64,000 bases of DNA. Source: a virus. Position numbers and translations under genes: made by a program. How positions within the stretch are numbered: the stretch's first letter is position 1; each line of letters begins with the position of its first letter. The stretch is taken from positions 96,001-160,000 of IMG/VR virus record IMGVR_UViG_3300024054_000008; one strand, given 5' to 3'. The notes below the pieces were generated by a model. It searched no databases, had not been told where the DNA came from, and saw only the letters and a program-made list of their open reading frames with translations. Positions 57,932 through 64,000 of this stretch are shown here, piece by piece.

Positions 57932-58432
57932 CTTCTCCTTACCGGCCAATACGGCGAGCGGCAGCCGATTTCGCTTAATTAATGTACGCGCAAACGAAAA
58001 CGACGGATATTCGTGTGTATCTTGTTAGTGTCTAAACGTACAAACGACCAACCCAAGTGTTGCGTCTGTCGCGGATTGGCTGAATTTGTACAGACTAACG
58101 AATTTATTAATCATAACCTGTACAAATACTTGTGTAAATCTTGCGTGCTAAATTCCGAAATTGTGTACTATATTACAATATTGATGAATATTATACCAAA
58201 TGCTTACTTGACAGTTAATACGACATAAATTTAACTTGTATGGTTAGCATATTTGGCAGATATAATATGTCTCCAAAATCTGTTGGTTGTAAATTCCAAC
58301 GTTATCACAGTAGGTAATTAGATGACTGAATACGAAAAGCAAGAAGAGTATCAGGACAACGAATACGACGAGGGTGATTCGGACAACGGAAACAGGCGCC
58401 AGCCACGCGTACCGATGCGTGGAGGTGAGACA

Positions 58433-58621
58433 ATGACCGATCCGCAAATCATCACAACGGCAACTCTCAAAACCAACAAGGCCGGAGGCGAACTTTTGAC
58501 GTTCACCATTCGCCTCGGGTTTTTCCAGCTCGTCTGCATCGCCAACATCCCGGAGGAGGGACAAGACGAGGCCCCGGTCTACGTCAAGTTCAAGGTCTCG
58601 ACTCCACGAGAACGAACCTGA
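58433..58621 (+). CDS. GC-rich small protein, paralog of 41318-41515
   Basis: GGAGGT SD and CGTA leader. Confidence 0.7.
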   Translation: MTDPQIITTATLKTNKAGGELLTFTIRLGFFQLVCIANIPEEGQDEAPVYVKFKVSTPRERT

Positions 58622-58629
58622 GAAACCTA

Positions 58630-58667
58630 CTGTGGGGACTCCAGGATCAACCCTGGAGTCCCCACAG
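58630..58667. repeat. perfect 16-bp hairpin without a U tract
   Basis: CTGTGGGGACTCCAGG/CCTGGAGTCCCCACAG. Confidence 0.8.
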
Positions 58668-58997
58668 GAGTATTTGGAATGGCAAAGCCTTTAAAGCCAA
58701 TTTCTCAAATTGAACCTAAAATTGACACTTTTGTAAAATTGGCTGAATCGTCTAAAAAGACTCTTGCTTTCAGTTCGTTTAGATTTAATGGGAAAATATT
58801 CAAGATTTACTATTATAAATTTGCAAAGAACCTGTCAATTCACACGGAAAAAATCGCATATTCAAAAAATGCGTGGACTTGGACCAAAAAACAAGAATTC
58901 AAAGATGTCGAAGTTACGAGTTTAAAATTTATGATTATGAATCATGTTTACGAAATATTTAAGAATGAATACGAACAAGATACAAAGGAGATCATAG

Positions 58998-59546
58998 ATG
59001 CTTGACTGCATTATCACAGTCAAAGGCAACGGAGTTGGTAAATACGGTCGTTCAAAGAAAGACAGAACCGGCTATGTCTCTGAATTTTGTGTTGATAACA
59101 CATTTTTTTATAGAGCAATTTTCAAACATTTGAAGGAATGTAATAAATGCGACCCGAATGATGTTCTAAAAACACTCTTGTTTCGTCGCAAAGACGGGCT
59201 TGTAACCGGGAGCCTGGCGGAACTTGCAGTAAAATACAAAAGAAATTTCCAATCAACTGATTGGCTCCTTGTCGAAGAGTACATCTGTAGATGTATAGAT
59301 AGCCGTGTCATCCTCAAATATTTGAATAACTTCGAATATGAACAAATCCCGAACTTTTATCGTAAATTCCATTCTTTCGGCCCTCAAAGATTTTCGGGGC
59401 TTAAAATGGATCGATTGGATATAGAATCTGAACAGGTATTTGTATTCATAAAGCTTTATATTCAATATTGTACAGTCACGACTTTACCAGAAAGCAATGA
59501 TGAACTAATGGAATTGATTAAAACTTCTGAAGTTCTCGAAAGCTGA
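58998..59546 (+). CDS. hypothetical protein with the shared C-terminal motif (SEVLES)
   Basis: ORF track. Confidence 0.55.
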   Translation: MLDCIITVKGNGVGKYGRSKKDRTGYVSEFCVDNTFFYRAIFKHLKECNKCDPNDVLKTLLFRRKDGLVTGSLAELAVKYKRNFQSTDWLLVEEYICRCIDSRVILKYLNNFEYEQIPNFYRKFHSFGPQRFSGLKMDRLDIESEQVFVFIKLYIQYCTVTTLPESNDELMELIKTSEVLES

Positions 59547-59598
59547 CCTAGCCGGTGTAAGCTGGGACAGCGCTAGCGTACCGCGCACGGAGGTCCGC

Positions 59599-60630
59599 AT
59601 GCCTTTGACCATCGGTGAAACGAAACTTGTTCAAGGCTCGGCACGAGAGCCCTACAAAGTCAAAAACTGTGACGGCACGATCTTTTCCTGCACCTGTCCG
59701 GGGTGGAGGAATTCCCCAGGGTCAGTCGACCAGAAAACGTGCAAACACACGAAGCCAGAAAAACTGGCTTACATGACAGCAATTGGTGCGCCAATTCCGG
59801 CGGTCACAGCGGTTCCGGTTGCAAAGCCTGCAACGAAGAAATCAGTTTCCAAAGCCTCAATTGAGTCGTCAGAAGCACCTGTTCTTTTGGCACAGGCCTG
59901 GGAATCAAACATCGACCCAGATGGCTGGTGGATGTCCATCAAAATGGACGGAATAAGGGCATTTTTCAATGGAAAAGATTTCATCTCCAGACTTGGCAAC
60001 AAATTTGAGGTTCCTGATTGGTTTAAATCTGGTTTACCAGATGTCCCACTTGATGGTGAATTATGGATTGGTAGAAAATCTTTCCAAGAAACTGTCAGCA
60101 TTGTAAAGCGAAAAGACCAATCAGGTGATTGGTCCAAGATAAAATTTATGGTTTTTGATGCACCAACATTAAACAAACCGTTCGAACAGAGATTGCAAGA
60201 TCTTCAAAATCTGATCTCAAATGCAAATTATGCTCAGTATGTTGAGCACACCAAATGCACTGGTCGTGACCATCTGCAGCAAGAATTGCAGAAAGTAACG
60301 CTTCTTGGTGATGAAGGATTAATGTTAAGGAAACCAAATTCTATGTACGAAGTTGGTAGAAGTTCAACTCTTTTAAAAGTTAAAATTTTTCACGACGAAG
60401 AAGCACTTGTTATTGGTCATTCGCCAGGCAAAGGAAAACACAAAGGAAAATTGGGCGCACTGATTTGTTCTTTAAATGATATTCAATTCAATGTTGGATC
60501 TGGGTTTACTGATGAACAAAGATTAAATCCACCACCGATCGGTTCAAAGATCGTATTTGCATATCAAGAAAAAACCAAAGACAATGTTCCACGTTTCCCG
60601 GTGTTTCTTAGAACGTTTATTGAAATGTAA
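59599..60630 (+). CDS. ATP-dependent DNA ligase with N-terminal SWIM-type zinc finger
   Basis: CTCPGW...TCKH; motif I IKMDG; DGELW, FMVFD, EGLMLR, LLKVK and PRFPVF. Confidence 0.9.
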   Translation: MPLTIGETKLVQGSAREPYKVKNCDGTIFSCTCPGWRNSPGSVDQKTCKHTKPEKLAYMTAIGAPIPAVTAVPVAKPATKKSVSKASIESSEAPVLLAQAWESNIDPDGWWMSIKMDGIRAFFNGKDFISRLGNKFEVPDWFKSGLPDVPLDGELWIGRKSFQETVSIVKRKDQSGDWSKIKFMVFDAPTLNKPFEQRLQDLQNLISNANYAQYVEHTKCTGRDHLQQELQKVTLLGDEGLMLRKPNSMYEVGRSSTLLKVKIFHDEEALVIGHSPGKGKHKGKLGALICSLNDIQFNVGSGFTDEQRLNPPPIGSKIVFAYQEKTKDNVPRFPVFLRTFIEM

Positions 60631-60637
60631 AGGTGGA

Positions 60638-61501
60638 ATGGACATAGTGAAGAATGTTATATATGGGTCTTTATTAGGCGATGCATCGATATCAAAAGAC
60701 AAAACAACGTTTAAATTCAAAGTTGCCCACTCCGAAAAACAACTTGAATACGTGAAATGGAAAGCAAAAATTTTGGGGACAAAGAAACTTTTCAATAGGA
60801 AAAGTGGCTATGGGTCAAACATATTTGGGATAAATTATTATAATTTAGAACTTCTTGATGAAGTTTATAATAACTGTATTAAAAACAACAGAAAGACAGT
60901 CACAAACGAATGGCTAATGAATTTGGACGAATTGGCTTTAGCAATTTGGTATCAAGATGATGGTTCTTGGAGTAAATGCGGAAACTTAAGAAATGGTGAA
61001 AATCAGCAACGACGTTCTTCTTTTTCAGTTTGTGGCTTTGATGAAAACTCAGTAACATTGTTATCAAATTGGCTTAAATCAAAATTTGGCTTAAAATCAA
61101 GACTAGTTTTAAGAAAATCTAAATACTGGATGTTGGAATTGTATCATACTTCTACAATTAAATTATGGAAAATAGTTGCTCCATATTTAGTTATAAAGAC
61201 TAAAATTGATCTTAAGGGATTAAAGATAAAATCTGGCAGAAAATCTTGGGTAAACATCCAAGAAATTGGTGAAATCGCAAGATTTCTAGAGAAAAATTTT
61301 AAACATCCAATCAAAAAAAGGGTGTTGAGACCAAATAAACATAGTAAAGCCTGCAGATTTCTAGAACTAAACGGTAAGGTGCATTCAATTAAAGAATGGG
61401 CGCAAATAACTGGATTAAAAAGACACGTAATAACAAAGCGGTTAAAACAAAGACTTCCAATGGAAGTCGTATTAGCTAAAAATGTAATCGACTACGAATG
61501 A
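60638..61501 (+). CDS. free-standing LAGLIDADG homing endonuclease with small C-terminal DNA-binding domain
   Basis: IYGSLLGDASI and LAIWYQDDGS motifs. Confidence 0.85.
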   Translation: MDIVKNVIYGSLLGDASISKDKTTFKFKVAHSEKQLEYVKWKAKILGTKKLFNRKSGYGSNIFGINYYNLELLDEVYNNCIKNNRKTVTNEWLMNLDELALAIWYQDDGSWSKCGNLRNGENQQRRSSFSVCGFDENSVTLLSNWLKSKFGLKSRLVLRKSKYWMLELYHTSTIKLWKIVAPYLVIKTKIDLKGLKIKSGRKSWVNIQEIGEIARFLEKNFKHPIKKRVLRPNKHSKACRFLELNGKVHSIKEWAQITGLKRHVITKRLKQRLPMEVVLAKNVIDYE

Positions 61502-61893
61502 GTTATCACGACATTCTCAAGCAAGTTGATGAGTTGTCAAGGTACAACCAAGAAGCATTGTTATCTTATCTCAGAAAGAAGTTTGAAAATATCAGAAGAG
61601 ATGAAAAATTTCAAAGAAGGGTTGCGAAAAACAACTTGGCAAAAGACGGCAAGTTGCGTCTACATGCCATTTGTAAATTGGCTGGGATAGAAGTGAACGA
61701 CCGGTGTACCCGTCCAGCAGGATATTATGGTTGGGCGAGTTTTTCCCCAATGTCAATAAACATTAGAATCACTATTGACGGCAAACGTTGCAAGATGGTC
61801 AGATTAGAACTTAAAAAAGACGATTCAGTTCTAGCCGACAAATTCAAAAAAATTGCTGACGAACTTACTGCTGAAGCGGTGGTTGAGTCATGA
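61498..61893 (+). CDS. hypothetical protein with the shared C-terminal motif (EAVVES)
   Basis: ORF track; stop overlaps the next start. Confidence 0.55.
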   Translation: MSYHDILKQVDELSRYNQEALLSYLRKKFENIRRDEKFQRRVAKNNLAKDGKLRLHAICKLAGIEVNDRCTRPAGYYGWASFSPMSINIRITIDGKRCKMVRLELKKDDSVLADKFKKIADELTAEAVVES

Positions 61894-62189
61894 CCAATGA
61901 GGAAGCAAAACAGATTATTGTTGAAACTGTTACAAGCCTTCAAGGTTGTAAAGCTACTGAGCTTGTATCAGACAAGCGGATGGTCGAAGTAGCAACGTTA
62001 ATCAACACTTTAGAACTATCTGCGTTAATCGATCAACTTGTTGAAGAAGGAAAATTGGTTGAAATCGAATATGAACTCAATCAACTTCATTACAGGACTA
62101 AAAGTTTTCTACTACCGGGCGATGTGAAAATTATTGGTAGTAAGAAATTCATACGTGAACTCACGACTGAAGATTTGGTTGAGTCATGA
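61890..62189 (+). CDS. winged-helix-like protein with the shared C-terminal motif (EDLVES)
   Basis: LIDQLVEEGKLVEIEY. Confidence 0.55.
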   Translation: MTNEEAKQIIVETVTSLQGCKATELVSDKRMVEVATLINTLELSALIDQLVEEGKLVEIEYELNQLHYRTKSFLLPGDVKIIGSKKFIRELTTEDLVES

Positions 62190-62572
62190 GAATTTACGGT
62201 GAAAAAGTTTACGAGGGAACCGTAGTCTTTTCTAGAGAGAACAAAACGTACGAAGGCGTAATTAGGCCGATAAACGTTCCGCAAGAACGCTATGTTACTG
62301 TGAATGGCCTTGAGTTAAATCCAAGGCATGATTTGAGGAATCATTCCCCAGATGGATTCAATTGGGGCTACAGTGGTTCTGGGCCAACACAACTGGCCCT
62401 AGCAATTTTAGCCGACCATTTGAACAACGATGAAGAGGTATTGAGTTTATATACAAAGTTCAGAGATATATTTGTTTCAAAGCTTGAAATGACGAAAGGT
62501 TGGACTGTTACGTCAAGCCAAATCCAACAGATTGTTGATTTGCTATCTACTGCAGATGTTGTAAATTCATAA
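62186..62572 (+). CDS. conserved hypothetical protein (NHSPDGFNWGYSGSGPTQLALAIL family) with the shared C-terminal motif (ADVVNS)
   Basis: motif recalled as DUF6166-like. Confidence 0.6.
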   Translation: MRIYGEKVYEGTVVFSRENKTYEGVIRPINVPQERYVTVNGLELNPRHDLRNHSPDGFNWGYSGSGPTQLALAILADHLNNDEEVLSLYTKFRDIFVSKLEMTKGWTVTSSQIQQIVDLLSTADVVNS

Positions 62573-63293
62573 GTATGGTCTGTCATGGACGTCGGAGATA
62601 TTGCCAACAAATTTGAGGATTTGGTAGTTTCTGAACAGATCCAGTGGCTGCCGCCGGATGTTAGTTCGCTCGATGTCTTTTCAAGATTAGTTATTGAAAC
62701 GTTCCTTGACACGCATAAATTGGCTTGGAGACTTGGTAACAAGAAAATTGGCCAGGCAATTGTTTTAAAGGTTGAAGATAATTACCTTCAATACCTTGAT
62801 GTCTTTCCAGAACAAATGAAGTTCATGTGGTGTACCAATATGCATCGGACAGGCGTCCATCCAGATGCTGCTATGAAATATTTGATTGAACGTGAATTTC
62901 CTGGAATGAAAATAGATGTACTTTCGGATGGGTCCGTAAAGATCAATGACAGACTGAGGCTTAAAGTAAAATGACAACGCAGGTTTCAGAAATCGAAGTT
63001 AACGCCATGCTGGCCATGCGCATATTTACAAATGCTTGGACACGTATGGAGTCTGAGGAAGACAAAGTTTCAGTCTTGATGGATGCGGCTAAAGAGCTTG
63101 AAACCATTCTACCGTTCAATGAATCAAACGAGGACGAACGTCAGGCGACTGAAATTATTCACCGGTTTATGGGCAAAGGCAAATCTAATCCGGAAATAAC
63201 ATTAAACAACCTACAGCATTTTGTTCATTCAATTTATTCTTCGCATTTGATGAAATTATCCACCAATTAAACTTCTTTTAGACAAGCCCTGGT

Positions 63294-63695
63294 ATGGCTA
63301 CCACGGCTACAGCAAATCTCTCGTTAACTTATTCACCACCTTCTGGGCCGGCAAACTCGGCCACTGCAACTTTCTCAGCTGCAGCCACTTCTAACGCCCA
63401 GAACGTTGGCGTTATTGATATTCCAGCCGCCACTGCACCATCAACGGTATTTGCCATACCGTTCGGTTCTGTTGCATCGGCCAAGGTTTTGATGATAATC
63501 AATAAGACCAATGACGAAATTGGAATTAGATTGAACGGACTTCCAGCAGATATTTTCCGAATATCTGCTGGTGGTTTCTTCGCCGTGAATATGCCAACGG
63601 ATCCGGCTGCAGACCCGATTTCAAGCGCGTCTATAACAATAATCAATGCAACTGTCTCATTGCAAAGCGTAAATTTCTTTGTATTCGGCGATTAA
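63294..63695 (+). CDS. putative structural (beta-rich) protein
   Basis: Ala/Ser/Thr-rich composition. Confidence 0.45.
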   Translation: MATTATANLSLTYSPPSGPANSATATFSAAATSNAQNVGVIDIPAATAPSTVFAIPFGSVASAKVLMIINKTNDEIGIRLNGLPADIFRISAGGFFAVNMPTDPAADPISSASITIINATVSLQSVNFFVFGD

Positions 63696-63698
63696 ATC

Positions 63699-64000
63699 TT
63701 GTCCAAAACATGGAAGTTTGGACAAAGAACAATGTTATATTAGAAGAAATGGTAAACTAGAATGTAAAGAATGTACTAAAAATAGGATTTCAAGGAATTA
63801 CAAAAACAATTACGAGGCAATAAACCAATTACGTAAATTAAAATACCTCAACGAAGATTACAGGGCACAAATTCTAAAAAGAATGACCAGGTTCTATGCA
63901 ACAAACACAGAATTAGTATCAAATAGAGTCCGTGCTCATAAATTAAATCTTAAAAAAGAAGTCCTTTCGCATTATTCTTTTGGAGAATTACCCACCAATA
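63699..64000 (+). CDS. partial HNH-type endonuclease running off the window edge (not in the ORF track)
   Basis: open frame CPKHG...CKEC...KLNLKKEVLSHYS; start not defined. Confidence 0.4.

Noticed and set aside
1-64000. Genome-wide TAG reassignment suggested by the CUA tRNA
   Set aside because: Long genes are open in code 11, and TAG closes apparently complete proteins (e.g. 52224, 17302); no conserved gene was seen split by TAG.
1-64000. CRISPR array or diversity-generating retroelement
   Set aside because: No repeat-spacer series and no reverse transcriptase or cas genes; the repeats seen are microsatellites, pairs or hairpins.

Overview
This 64 kb window looks like part of a large (jumbo-type) tailed phage genome read with the standard bacterial code; no capsid, terminase or polymerase genes are visible. 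The left ~34 kb is AT-rich. It carries nucleotide and recombination genes (ThyX, dNMP kinase, a half SbcC/Rad50, RecA, RuvC-like resolvase, possible SSB), two peptidoglycan hydrolases, a KhpA-like KH protein, a duplicated virion-like gene pair, and a SAM methyltransferase next to a CoaB/aldolase-II fusion. The right ~30 kb is a GC-mosaic region of small early-type genes with a dispersed tRNA set (two tRNAs carry group I introns), TilS, a nucleotidyltransferase inside the tRNA array, an RNA-end-processing pair, a DNA ligase and several free-standing homing endonucleases. The most striking unexplained signals are: (1) an uncharacterised helical protein gene followed by two circularly permuted, anticodon-less tRNA-like RNAs (YrlA/Y-RNA-like architecture, no Ro60 gene in the window) and then an amber (CUA) tRNA; (2) more than 20 unrelated small proteins ending in the same C-terminal motif (e.g. 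EVVES, EVLES, DVIES); (3) a ~240 nt CCA-ended structured RNA candidate upstream of tRNA-Val; (4) TilS paired with a CAU tRNA that has a long variable arm; (5) a PD-(D/E)XK endonuclease frame that runs through a tRNA intron and its 3' exon. A high-GC host is inferred from the very GC-rich early genes and a tRNA set aimed at A-ending codons. All family calls come from motif recognition by eye; no database searches were run.
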